From contig NC_073377.1 in NCBI RefSeq assembly GCF_028641065.1, positions 122,698,001 to 122,762,000 on the forward strand: 64,000 nt of DNA, given 5' to 3'. The translations under genes were made by a program, and so were the position numbers. Below the pieces are notes generated by a model. The model worked only from the letters and a program-made list of their open reading frames with translations. It had not been told where the DNA came from and ran no database searches. The DNA is from Leucoraja erinacea (lineage: Eukaryota). Shown here piece by piece: positions 11,851 to 23,472 of the stretch (position 1 is its first letter; every line of letters starts with the position of its first letter).

Positions 11851-14713
11851 TATATACAACATCGACAGCTCTGCCCATATCAGCCGTTTGGTCACATCTT
11901 CAAAAAACTATCAGATTTGTGAGACACAATTTCACATCTACAAAACCATGCTGACTATCCCTAATCAACCCGTGTCCATCTAAATGCCTCCCCACATCAC
12001 TTCCTTCCAACACAGCTGCTCCCAACAGGCCGCTCCGCTACATCTAGCCTTACTTTTATTTGCTATTTAATGTAATCAACTAATTTGGATGTCCAGCCAA
12101 TTCACTCTCTTGTTACTTAGAACTGCCGCTCCTCTCCTGACGTCTGCATTAACGGTTCAAGGCTGTCCCTGGGCGAGTTTTTTAAAGTTTAGAAAAACAA
12201 TAATGTACTTTGTATTTAAACTATGTAATAGCACTGATTTTTTGTGTCCTTAAATGTTTTAACAACATTTTCTAATATAGTAGGATGTATATCATCCATC
12301 TTTGCACAATCAGCTAACTCACTTGAATATTTCAGCCTCGTAGTTTATTTAAATTATAATCCCATGTATGATCCAAGCCTATGGACAGAATTGCAGAATG
12401 TGATTTTGTGTATATTGCTAAGCATCTAAAAAGTACCCATGTAATAAAAATAGTCTGGCTTTAAAAAAAAAAAAAAGTTAAATAAATGTTCTTTATGATC
12501 TATGTTTGTAGTAAGAAAGAGAAGCTCTTGGGGTTTGCTAATTGTAAGGACAGGATACCGGGGGGGCTGATTTGGAATGTATTGTTATTTTTGACAAATT
12601 TTATTCCCTTTCACTATGTCTTTAAATGTAATATCTGGATGAAAAATAGCAAGACTTATGAATCATAAGTGAATCCTTAAATTTTGCATGAGCTGGAATG
12701 CGTGATTTGCCATTGTTTTGAAAAAGAGTGTTGGTAAAACATTAAGCCAAATCAGGTTAGCTGGCTTTAAACTACTACACAGTTTTGCAGGGGATACATT
12801 ATTTAAAACATTGGTCAAATATTTATAGTCAAATGTATGCAACTGCCGATCTTTAAACATTTACTTTATGGTAGGCGCATGTGTTCAGATCCTATGCATG
12901 TTACAACAGGGTACTTTCCTGTGACCCGTTTGTAACCCGAACAGTTTGTTGGTTGGAAATGCAGCCACTCAGCAATTGATTTAAATAAAAAGCATGGCAA
13001 CATGTAATTAAACCAGCATATTTAACTCAGCCATTCGTTTGTTGCCATGAACAGAGTTCTCACGCGGCAGAAGATGGCAGCAGCAGCCGGTAAATATATC
13101 CCACTGGTCTTCCAAACGCTTGGTTTTAATGTATGAGCTGTAATTAGATCGAGAGTTCAGAACCTGGGGAGGATCTGTAAATCCTAGAAGTCCTTCAAGG
13201 TAGAAAAACTTGCCCTCCTTACTCGGACTGGTCTTTATGACTCTGGACTGACAGCAATGTGGTTCCACTTGCCTGTCCTGTGAAAGGACTTAGTAGAACA
13301 CTTATTTCAAGACAATTAGGAAATTACATTGAGGAAGGAAATACGTGTCATGCCAGTGATTGCAATATTCATGCATGAATTTAAAAAAATGTAATTGTAG
13401 GTAGAGATAATTAAAGTGGGGTCTTATCAAAGGCCTCGCAAGTCCATTGTCTACCTTGAACACACTGCCCTCAATAGTTTTGTTACCTCTTAAAACCATT
13501 TGTAATTGACCAGACAGAATCTCTCATAATAAAGCCATTCCAACAGTCTGTCTACCTTTGCAAGTTAGATTTTTTTCAATAATTTCCATTTGACTGTATT
13601 CACTTGTTCTATCCCTGCTGCCCTTTTTTGGATAAAGAAACCACTCTTGCATACCTCTATTCCTTTAATACCTCATTTGTGGCCAGTGAAGATTTTAAAA
13701 TTGTCAGAGCCCCAAAAACATCTTCCCAAAGCACCCTGGAATTTATCCACTTCTAATCCTGCTAGGGCATTTCATACATCTTTTATTAATATGAATTTGT
13801 TTCTGAAGTTCACAGTACCTCTCCTTGAATTCTATAGTTACAATGGCCTTAGTTATACTAAGCAATTGTTTCGCTGAATACTTTCGCTCAGTCCGCCTGG
13901 ACCTACCTGATTTCCCGGTTTCCAAACACTTTAATTCCCCTTCCCATTCCCACGCTGGCCTTTCGGTCTGAGGCCTCCTCCATTGTCAGAGTGAGGCTAA
14001 ACGCAAATTGTAGGAATACCATCTCAAATTACGCTTGGGCAGCTTACAACCCAGTGGTGTGACTATTGATTTCTCTAACTTCAAGTAACCCATGCATTCC
14101 CTCTCCCTCCAATCCTCCCTCATCCAGTCGCACCAGCTTCTTGTTCTCACCTAGCAAATGGCTAATAATAGTTTCCTTTATCACCATAACTATTTTGCAC
14201 ATCTTTCATTCATTTGTTCCATATCTCTCTGCATCACTGTTTATCTCTCTGGTTTCCCTTTTCCAGGATCTTGACCCAAAACGTCATCCACTCCTTCTCT
14301 CCTGAAATGCTGCCTCTTCCGCTGAGTTACTCCAGCACCTTTGTGTCTTCCTTGGTTAGATATTTGCTTTGGTCTGTCATTTTCACACCTTACATTCACT
14401 TTGTACCCTTCCATGTCTCTAGTTTCCCTTTCCCCTCACTCTGTCTGAAGAAGGGTCTCGACCCAAAACGTCACCCATTCCTTCTCTCCAGAGATGCTGC
14501 CTGGCCCGCTGAGTTTCTCCGGCATTTTGTGTTTATCTTTGCTTTAATCCAGCATCTACAGTTCCTTCCTACACATCTAGAATGGTAGAAAGGAAATGTA
14601 GAATGGTTCATTATTAGCTGAGGGGGAGGTGACAAGGAGGCCTACAAACTGTAAAATTAATCAGAACAGTAGAACTAGTCAGAGAACTAGGGTGGGGGAG
14701 GGATAGAGAGAGT

Positions 14714-14914
14714 AGCGATGAAGAGGTGGAGCCTCGTGAACAGCGCCTCCTGCGAGTGTGGGGACCCAACACAGACAGTGGAGCACGTAGTCACCAGTTG
14801 CCCCAAACACCGGCCACCCAATGGTAAACGAGGTCTGATTGACCTGGACGATGACACATTGGCCTGGCTCGCCTTAACGAGCTGCAGGACTAAAAGACAT
14901 ACGACAGAAGAAAA
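14714..14914 (+). mobile_element. Vingi/Ingi-type LINE 3' end, 5'-truncated, 9-bp TSD
   Basis: CECGDPTQTVEHVVTSCP zinc knuckle, tail CATACGACAGAAGAA, TSD AGAGAGAGT at 14705-14713 and 14915-14923. Confidence 0.7.
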
Positions 14915-14987
14915 AGAGAGAGTGAGGAAAGCAAGGGTTACTTGGCGCAGGCTTGGCGATCGTTTCGCTGAACACCTCCGCTCTGTC

Positions 14988-15757
14988 GAGTGGTGGCGCC
15001 ATCGAGTGCTGCAGCCTCGCCTGCAGCTGTGCGTTCTTTCATCCTTTTTTTTAGTCTGTCAAACGTATTGTTTTGGAGGCCTTTTAGTCTTTTTATGGTG
15101 GGGATGAGGGAAACTTGTTTCCAGTCGCTACCTAGTCGAGGATGTGTCTTTCCTCCGAGCCGCATCTTCGCCCCCCCCCCACCATCTGGATTGGCACAGC
15201 CTTTCCTGCCAGAGACCCGGCCAGAGCTTCAGCTTCAGCACTGAAGTACCATCGGGGAGCGGGTGATACCTCACCAGGTCGCTGTTTTGGAAGCTCCGGA
15301 GTGCTGGGACTGCTGTGGAGCTGTGGTCTGCGGAGCTTCCAGCCGCGGGCGGCGCTGACTTTAACATCGCGGAGCCTTGGGATCTCCCACCGAGGTCGCC
15401 AGTGTTGGAGCTTCGCCCAGCTCGGCCCGTGGACTTCGGGAGTCAGTGGCAGATTCAGAACTCCAAGCCGCTGAGAGTGTTCTTCCGACTGCGGAGTTCC
15501 ATCATCCGGCGAGGGGGCCTGAAACATTGGTCCGCCGTTGCGGGGACTGCAGAGGCCTCAATAGACCCTGACCACAAGAGGAAGAGGACTGAACTTTGTT
15601 GCCTTCCTTCACAGTGGGAAACGTTGAAAATTGGGGGGGGATGTTTTTATGTTTAATGTTAAATTCTATAGTGTGTTTATCTTAGTTGTGTGCTGCATGG
15701 TAACTCAAATTTCACTGCACCACTTGGTGTGTGTGACAATAAATGTCCTTTGTCCTT
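14988..15757 (+). mobile_element. GC-rich non-coding retroelement nested in a Penelope fragment
   Basis: Starts GTGGTGGCGCC and ends TGACAATAAATGTCCTTTGTCCTT. Penelope sequence resumes on both sides. Shares motifs with 31045-31840. Confidence 0.6.
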
Positions 15758-16559
15758 CAGTCTACTACCTGAACTACCGGTTGCTAAACACTTTAAATTT
15801 ACCCTACACTGACCTTTCTGTCCTTGGCCTCCTCAATTGCCAGAGTGACGCCCAACTCAAATTGGAGGAAAAGCACCTCATATTTCGCTTGGGCACCTCA
15901 CACCCCAGCGGTATGAACATTGACCTCTTTAACTTCAAGTAACCCTTGCATTCCCTCTCTCTCCATCCCTCCCCTCTCCCAGTTCTCCGACTACATTTTA
16001 TCTGTTTGCTTTGTTGTTGCCTTCTCCCAACTAACAATGATCTGTTCTACATTTTCCTTGATCTCCATTCCCTTTGTCCTGTTTTCACGACTCTGAAGAA
16101 GGGCCTCGACCTGAAACGTTACCCACTCCATCTCTCCAGAGATACTTACTGCCTGTCCCGCTGACAGAGTTATTCCAGGGTACACAAAAATACTGGAGAA
16201 ACTCAGCGGGTGCAGCAGCATCTATGGAGCGAAGGAAATAGGTGACGTTTCTGGCAGAAACCCTTCTTCAGACTGATGGGGGGGGGGGGGGGGGGGGGGG
16301 GGGGAAGGAAAAAGGAAGAGGGGGAGGAGGGGGGCCCGGGGGGGGGGGGATGGGAGGAGACAGCTCGAGGGTTAAGGAAGGGGAGGAGACAGCAAGGGCT
16401 AGCAAAATTGGGAGAATTCAATGTTCATGTCATGCGGACGCAAGCAACCCAGGCGGAATATGAGGTGCTGTTCCTCCAATTTCCGGTTTTGCTCACTCTG
16501 GGAATGGAGGAGACCCAGGAGTTACTCCAGCCTTGTGTGTCTATTATATCTGGGCTGTA

Positions 16560-16757
16560 AACCAGCGTCACCAGTTCCTTCCCACACACACAGCGTCAGC
16601 CGGGGGAGCGGGGTCCGGTTGCCGTGGAGATGTCGTGACGTTTCCGCGCGTAATGGGCGCGAGGATGTGCGTCAGCGAGCGGCGTTACGTCACGCCACGT
16701 TCCAGTGCGGAGCTCAGCGCTGACCGGCGGCGGCGGCGGCGAGTTTGTCGGCTTGTG
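16560..16757 (+). promoter_or_regulatory. CpG-island promoter of the Jun-like gene with clustered CRE/ATF half-sites
   Basis: CGTCA 16566 and 16594, TGACG 16636, TGCGTCA 16668, TTACGTCA 16685. Confidence 0.6.
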
Positions 16758-16974
16758 ATGGCGGCGCCTTTCTACCGGGACCACACGACCAGCAGCGGGC
16801 ACCTGGAAGCGGCGCCGATGGACAAGAAGAGCGCGGCGGCGGCGGCGGATCGGCGCCCCCCGTCTCAGGAGCTGAACGGCGGCTCCGTGCTGACGCTGCC
16901 GGAGTCGGGTGCCCAGGCCGACAGGCCCGGAAGCAGGCGGGAAGCCGAGGGCCTCGTCCATCCACTGGCGAAAG
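16758..16974 (+). CDS. Jun-family AP-1 transcription factor, coding exon 1
   Basis: MAAPFYRDH resembles Jun N-termini (METPFY, MEQPFY, METTFY). Good Kozak gtgATGG in a CpG island. Donor AAAG|gtgaga in phase 1 matches the downstream exons. Confidence 0.8.
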
Positions 16975-17695
16975 GTGAGAGCGGCTTCCAGCTCCCGACC
17001 GAGCGGCCGGCCGGCCCGCGCTGTAGACGCTGCTTGGTGGCCGGTGTTCTGCGCTGGGCTCCGAGTATCCGGAGCCACATGCCCGCTGGTGCTTCCTTCC
17101 CCTGCTAACAACTCTGCGACCACTCACTCCCCTCCCCTCCCTTCCCTGCTTTCCATCAAAGATCTTATAGCAGAGCTCATTGCTTCCTCCCCGACACATT
17201 CGCGTGTGGCTTGAAGAAGAATTTGATGCAACGGTGAGGATGCGCACGGAAACGATCATTGAGGCTTTAAAGAAAACTGGAGCGATGTGGATCGAGGCAG
17301 CAGCAGGTCACCACCGCCAACATATGATTATAACAAAAGTCAAAAAGATCGCAGATGCTGGAAGTCTGGAATGAAAGCACATTTTGGAAACACTCAGTAG
17401 ATAAATGGTGGTAACTTTTCAAGTCGAAGAGCAGTTTTCGAAGCTTTCAGGACGTCCCATTTATATTTGTTTCCACCCGAGTGATCGTTGCACTTGACTA
17501 TCCCACGCCATCATGAGATAATTTACTGAATTTACTATTTAAAGAGTTGATGGTGAGGAGCGTGATTTCCCCGCCCCCCTCCCCCCAACTTGTACTTTTT
17601 ATTTCTAACCTCCACTTTTCTCTCAATTCAAGCGTGCTTTTTTATATAATTAAAATTAGTTTGTATTTTTAAAATATATTTATTACAATTTGCAG

Positions 17696-17749
17696 GTAGA
17701 AGATTCTTGCTTGGAGGCAGAGACGAGATTGAAAATCCGCACCCTTATG
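17696..17749 (+). CDS. Jun-family gene, 54-nt coding exon 2 (predicted)
   Basis: Acceptor tttgcag| and donor ATG|gtaagt. Symmetric phase 1-1, open (GRRFLLGGRDEIENPHPY), loosely at the position of the Jun QFL...EQEGF segment. It could be skipped without a frameshift. Confidence 0.6.
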
Positions 17750-18497
17750 GTAAGTCTTCACACTAATGATGCGTTTAAGTGCACAGTACTTTAAAGTGGG
17801 AGTTCTAAGGATATGCGAGGTGGTATTTAGGTTTGCAGAATAAAAGGCTGGTGGGTGGAATACCTTTTTTTGCGGGTGGGGGTGGGGGTAATTCGGTAGA
17901 GATTGGTGATGTCATTGACATGGACATAAAGAGAACATATATAAAGTATGGTAGAGGAACTTTAGAGGTCATTATAGAGATATCATTTAACTGATATACT
18001 GTATATCAAGGTTATTGGAATATCTGTCTTTATATCTAAGGCAGGAGTTTAAAGTTAGACATTATGTAGCAATTATGATTCACCAATTCAATATTGTGAA
18101 ATTTAGAATGTGGACAATGTCTTGATGGTTTTGAATAATAAGTTAATGGATGATATAATTAATAACTTAAAATTATTATTGGATTTGTTTGGGTATGTAG
18201 AGATGTATGTTTGAATATGTGCTGTGAATCTTTATAATCTATCACTGGATGCTTAGTCAGTAGTATATTTAAGATTAAAAAATAGAGATTTTTGTAGTTT
18301 TGAGACATGCTTATCTCAGGCAATTTGGTCTCTTGATAGTGTGAAGGAAAAAATGCAGCTTTTCTATTAATGATAGATGATTAATGTGTCAAATTGTAAG
18401 GATTTTTGTAGTTGTGTAGAATGTGGGCTGAATGACTCATCCATGTATTGCTGCTTAAAGTGAGTAATTTGATAACTTGGATTTTCTGTCTTTAAAG

Positions 18498-19111
18498 CAT
18501 TGCAGGATTTGACCAAACAGAACCAACATGTGGTCTTGGCGGGAGCCCCATGCTCAGCTCATACCTCCACCGCAATCTATCACGGCAGTCTGCATTTGGC
18601 CCAGTCGAAAGCAGATGTCCCTGTCTATACCAACCTTGGCAATTACAATCCAAGCTTGCCCAACACAGGCTCTGAAAGTTATCCCACTGGCCATGTTCCC
18701 TATGCAAGCCCAGCATCATTACAACATCATTTATCAGCTTTGGCACAGCTCATGTGTCCAAAATATCAAGAAGAGCCCCAGACAGTACCAGAAGTAGGCC
18801 CACTAAGTGAATCTCCACCACTCTCCCCATTAGAAGATGGAGGGCAGCATATCAAAGCTGAAAAGAAGAGACAGAGAAATCGCATTGCAGCATCAAATTG
18901 TCGAAGAAGGAAATTAGAGAGAATTGCAAGACTGGAAGATAAAGTAAAGACCCTAAAATCAGAGAACTTTGAGTTAACCTCAACGGCAAGTGTACTACGT
19001 GAGCAAGTGGTGCATCTCAAACATAAAGTGATGAATCATGTCAATAATGGATGTCAGGTAGTGCTTGCATCCTCTAGCCTCCTAAAGCCAGAAGAAAACG
19101 GCAGCATTTAA
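18498..19111 (+). CDS. Jun-family gene, coding exon 3 ([23 protein letters not shown], bZIP)
   Basis: Acceptor ttttctgtctttaaag|CA in phase 1. Jun-diagnostic segments [64 protein letters not shown]...[21 protein letters not shown]. Intact to TAA. Confidence 0.95.
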
Positions 19112-20879
19112 AATATCCTGCTTAATATAGCTTGATCAAAAAATTAGTTCTGCGGAGAAGTGCTGAATTGGATGCTCATCTCGACTTTTGTATTTCCAAT
19201 AAGCTGCTAAACATAATCTGAAGTTATTCTGCAGAAATGCTTTGAGCAGCTACTTCAAATGCTTCATTTTGAAGAAAGAAAATGGAAAGAATACCTGCAG
19301 CCCAGTGTACCTCCTCTTGATGATTGTTCTAGTTATACAGGTGTAGTGAAAGGACTGTAACAGTTCACCTATTTTCTGGAAATTTTTCTTTGTGTAAACT
19401 TACTTTCTTCGCAGTTTAAAATAAAATAAGTCACCTTTGAGGAAAGCCTCTTTGCTTACCTTGGAAGGTATCTGCTGAAAATATTTAAATTGAAATAATT
19501 AATTTTAATTTCCTTTTCCAAAAAAGTAAAGATAGAAGTAGAAAGCTTAAGTTTGGATTTGGATTTTGTTTTTTTTTAAAGAATAGTTTTGATATACAAT
19601 TATATTTGTGGAGATCACAAAAGTTTAATCCCATTCAATACACTGGATCAAATGTTTTTAAGTGTGGTAAATAATTGCAATGGTTTATTCCTCGCAAAGA
19701 TTGTCAACTCATTTGTTATACTTTAAAGAGCTTAAAGGAATTAATTTCACATTATTTGCAATTGTTTTGGCTAAATATATTACATGAGTTTGTATTGCTT
19801 TTGTAAGTTACTGTATGTTGAACATGCTGATCATTGGTGTTAAAATGGTACATTGCTGGAGAGGATTGCTTAACAGTCTGTGATGGTCAGAGTCCTACCA
19901 CATTCCTTATAATGTGCATCTTATTTCTAGGTGTTGGATGTGGTTCAATCTCCCCGAGTTGTGGGTTCAAGCTTCAATCACAGCCTTAGTCTGTAATTTA
20001 GAAGTCCTGAAGGAATGCTTCAGAGTTTGAGGTGTCTTTGAATTGGCATAACACTTTCTGCCTTGTGCCTTGACATTTTGTGGACACCTTGCAAATTAGG
20101 TGGCATTTTCAGTGTCCCACACAAGCATTTAAAGTTGATAATCTGGTTATTTATTTCATTTATATTTGTTGAAACATGCTGCAGTCAAATTTCCTGCTTG
20201 TTTCGTTTAATTGTGGTGGAACTTTAAAAGCACCCGTGGCTGGCTATAAAGCACAAATAGACATGCCAAAATTGTGAAAGGTGCTATAGAAATACAGCTT
20301 CCTTATGGTCTTGGACTTGTACATCATTGCATTGCGTCCTTTTCTGAAACTTATTATTTAGTTATTTGTTCAATGGTGGTACTTGCTAATTTAATTTTAA
20401 TGTTAATTAAATGTTTGAATATTACTGTATGTTTACTTGCATTTCCATTGGGATGGGCTGAAGCTCTAGAGCAATTTCAATCATTTAAAATTGAGATATT
20501 CAACCAGTTCTGAAAATAGTGTTCCTTTTACAAGATAAATCTGTATCAGTTACTTACAAAAACACCATGAAGGCAGGCCATCATTGCTTACTCTGCCCAG
20601 GCACTGGGTTTGAAAGGCAAAAAAAGAGGCTTATATCTATTTATATTCGAGATAAAACTTTGGTAAATTCAAATAAACAGTTTGTTAACAATTTCGGTTT
20701 ATCCTTGCATTGTTTTATATTTGCTAATATTCATAATTGTGCCAAAGAATAATTGTAAAAATAATGTACTTCTGCACTGATTGTTTGCAAAGGAATCTTT
20801 GCATAAGAAATTTGCACACATACAAGCATTACCGTTGCATTCCAACTGAAAGTGCCAGGATATTCCCTATACAATCTGT

Positions 20880-21480
20880 AAACTGGCCTGGTCCAGGAAC
20901 GCTGAGGCACTGTATAAGGGACAGAGCCACTTTCTGAAGCGGCTCAGCTCTTTCAACGTCTGCAGTAAGATGCTGCAGATGTTCGATCAATCGGTGATGG
21001 CCAGTGCCATTTTCGTCGCTGTCATGTGCTGAGTAGCAGGGCGTAGGCCGCAGACGCTAACAGAATTAATAAGCTCATCAGGAAAGCTGGCTCCATTCTG
21101 GGGTGGATTTGCATTCACTGGAGGTGGTCTTGGAGGGGAGGATGCTCCTCAAACGATAGAGCATCTTGAATAATACAGCTCACCCCCTCCATGACATACT
21201 TATCAACCTGTGATGCACCTTCAGCAACAGACTGGTTCCACCAAGATGTAGCACAGAACACCATAGATTATTTTTCCCTGTGGCTATCAAATTGTACAAC
21301 CCCTCCCCCTTTTGTCATGAGATAGACTGACTCCCCTTCACCCCCCACCACCCCACCCCAATCTTTGCGCATCCCCAATCCTGGACTTTCTACTCATCAC
21401 TTTAATTTCATGTATCTTCTGTTTTATGATTGTTGGCAGACCAATTTCTCCCCTGCGATAAAGTTCTATCGTATCGTTGT
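20880..21480 (+). mobile_element. Rex1/Babar-like LINE 3' fragment
   Basis: GQS.FLKRLSSFNVCSKMLQMF.QSVMASAIF..V.CW / NKLIRKAGS remnants; (TATCG)n tail. Confidence 0.7.
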
Positions 21481-22237
21481 CATGCATTAACTTAGTTAAT
21501 GTTTGGAAATTGTCAACTATTTCCTTTTGAGATATTTTAAAATTTTCTCCCTGAACTCCATTTGAGGCCTCTGGTGTCTTTATTTATCTCCAAGATCCAT
21601 TTGCCCTTGTCTGATAGTTCAAAATTACAAGCATTCTGGATTCATGCTGTGCTAACATTAACCTTGACACGTCATCAAGTGTTTCCTTCTTCCTCTGTCT
21701 ACCTACATAGTTCTGTCCTTGCATGGATCCTGTTATCTGTAACAAAGGTATCAACTTAATTTACAATTACAAGCCGTCAAAGCTTTATTATGGACAAGTT
21801 ATATACAACTGCTATCAAACAAAAGATGCTAGCCCCATCAATAAGATAAGTGGTCAAATGTTTGATCATAATGCTTGGATTTATCCAAGGTCGTGGAGAA
21901 AGAAAGAGGTGTAAATATTTATGAAGAGCTCAAGGCCAGGGCATTTGAAGGCATGGATGGTAATGCCAGATTTATAAAAACTATAAATGCAGGATAGGCA
22001 GCCGATGCAGAACTACTGTTTGATCTGCTGTGTTTATAATATTTAGGAGGTAAAAGTCACAACTAAAGTGAACTAGAACTTGAAGTTAAGAGATAGGCAT
22101 TAGTGTTTTGAATTTGGGGAGGCTGATTTAGAGCTTGGTTTAGTCGATGAGGAAATTGAAATATTTGAATAGTAATGTTCAGCCTTTCCTTCATCATTCT
22201 GAATAGCTCATAGCAGTTGATGAAATTGCTTCCTAAA

Positions 22238-22570
22238 GTCATAGAGTGAGAGTGTGGAAATAGGCCCTTCGACCCAACTTGCTCACACCAGCAAACGTCC
22301 CAGCTGCACAAGCGCCACCTGCCTGCATTCGGTCCATATCCCTCCAAACCTGTCCTATCCATGTACCTGCCTAACTTTCATTAATGCTGGGATAGTCCCT
22401 GCCTCAACAACCTCCTCTGGCAGCTTTTTCCATACACCCACGACCCTTTGTGTGAAAAGGTTACCCCTCAGATTCCTATTAAATCTTTTCCCCTTCACCT
22501 TAAACCGATGTCCTCTGGTCCTCGATTCACCTACTGTGCGTCTACCCGATCTATTCTTATGATTTTATAC
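22238..22570 (-). mobile_element. CR1-type LINE 3' fragment
   Basis: Closely similar to 10742-11100. Confidence 0.75.
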
Positions 22571-23472
22571 ACTGATGCGACATCAACTTTTCCCAATTGC
22601 TATAATGATTGTAATAAATTCCCACCCTCTATTGAAAAGTTATCATTTAATCTAAAAGCCATTATGAATCAAATCGTATCCCAATTCAGCACATTATTGT
22701 CCATTTTCTCTCATTTCAACCTCTATAAGCCCTGTCATATTTGTTTTGAGTCAATCATCTCCAATGCTGTTATCTTTATTCTTGAGAATTGTATTATGAA
22801 GATAGGAGTGCCTTGAGAGAAATAAGTGATTTAATTACAAACAAATCAATCAAATTTTTAATAAAGATCAATTTGTTCACAGTCTGTTACATGCCTGGAA
22901 TCCAAAATGATTCCAATAGTATCAAATAAAAATAGAACTTTGTAGAAAATATAGGTACAAAAACCACTGTACTATTTACAATAAAGGCTATTGCTTTAAT
23001 ATTTAAATCTAACTACACATACAATATATATCTTCAATTTGCCTTTTTTAAACGTACAGAGCAGGAATCTGGAGAAATCTAGCTACATGATTTATGACCA
23101 ATTCAGTTATTATTCATATAAATCTCATGTTGACAAAAAAAATCCCCAAGTTGATGACCTCAATTACACCCCAAATGTTCTCCAGTTCTCAATAATTCAA
23201 ATGTTCTCTAAATGAATGAAAACCAGTTTTGTGGAACAAAGCAGCTCAGTATTTCCGTAAATTTGACTTGCATTCGTTTGCAAGCTAAATGTTGTAATTG
23301 CTACCTTACGCACTTTATTGTTAGTCATCAAATGTTAATGGAGCTCTTGGTTTGCAACAGACCGATTCTGCTCATCAGCAGTAATCTGCTCAGAGGTAAC
23401 AACAGTCCTTTAGAGGAAAACATGCATTTAAACTTAGTTGCAATTGGGTTTTTTTGTTATTGAAACATTGAT

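Larger units (their letters stand above)
13870..16590. mobile_element. Cluster of nested Penelope-like fragments and pLTRs in both orientations
   Basis: GIY-YIG C-terminal remnants (DLSVLGLL..KLEE.HLIFRLG..P.GMNID) at 13870-14090 and 15760-15945. pLTR copies at 14270-14580, 16090-16275 and 16520-16590. Confidence 0.8.

Noticed and set aside
12200-13870. Hidden exon or ncRNA in the unique sequence between THAP1 and the Jun-like gene
   Set aside because: Only short ORFs without motifs and no recognisable RNA structure. Conservation analysis would be needed.
16533-17108. 191-aa ORF as a stand-alone protein
   Set aside because: Only 16758-16974 looks Jun-like. The ORF starts in a Penelope remnant and reads through a good splice donor into GC-rich intron.
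18500-19111. Intronless or processed Jun pseudogene
   Set aside because: It has a non-ATG start preceded by a proper acceptor, an intact frame, no poly(A)/TSD scar, and a phase-compatible upstream exon in a CpG island.
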